This document shows, piece by piece, positions 63,933 through 64,000 of a stretch of DNA of 64,000 nt (positions are counted from its first letter, which is position 1; every line of letters begins with the position of its first letter). The translations under genes and the position numbers were made by a program. A model generated the notes under the pieces. The model was not told the origin of the DNA. It did not search any database and saw nothing but the letters and a program-made list of their open reading frames with translations. This DNA is from Raja brachyura (taxonomy: Eukaryota), in contig OY740805.1 of the NCBI GenBank assembly GCA_963514005.1, positions 36,828,001 to 36,892,000 on the forward strand, written 5' to 3'.

Positions 63933-63964
<32 letters not shown>

Positions 63965-64000
63965 GCAGCCGAGGTTGGGATCGAACCTGGGCCTCTGCCG

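Noticed and set aside
7302-63955. Most short ORFs in the track (…GYGEKAGTGY, MITLNGGAGSKGRMAYSC…, MWPLVLDSPNIG…)
   Set aside because: They are sense or antisense translations of CR1, SINE and Penelope fragments.

Overview
Vertebrate genomic DNA, most likely from a cartilaginous fish such as a skate or ray. This is inferred from the dense CR1 LINEs, HE1-like V-SINEs and Penelope/Rex1/L2/RTE/Tx1 fragments. The window is overwhelmingly transposon-derived and has five N-gaps. Two host loci are readable, both on the minus strand. (1) Exons 2-6 of a DDAH2-type gene (34500->13347; exon sizes 100/74/120/144/111 nt, all GT-AG; exon 1 not visible), in which the position of the DDAH1 catalytic Cys is Phe. 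(2) About 4.4 kb further downstream, a leader plus a germline-joined VJ-type Ig V exon resembling NKp30/NCR3, damaged by an apparent ATG->ATC change, a frameshift and a 300-bp CR1 fragment. The pairing suggests MHC class III-like synteny. The most unusual element lies at 27804-28040: a solo LTR fused to 59 nt of mature (spliced, CCA-ended) tRNA-Leu(CAA). It has a substitution at the m1G37 position and ends next to m2,2G26, which looks like a fossilised LTR-retrotransposon reverse-transcription intermediate. Also present are a degenerate L1 ORF2, a 2.3-kb pentamer satellite with higher-order structure, many Penelope pLTR hammerhead-like motifs, hAT/Harbinger MITEs with clean TSDs, and candidate regulatory islands. 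All family assignments were made by eye from remembered motifs; no searches were run.
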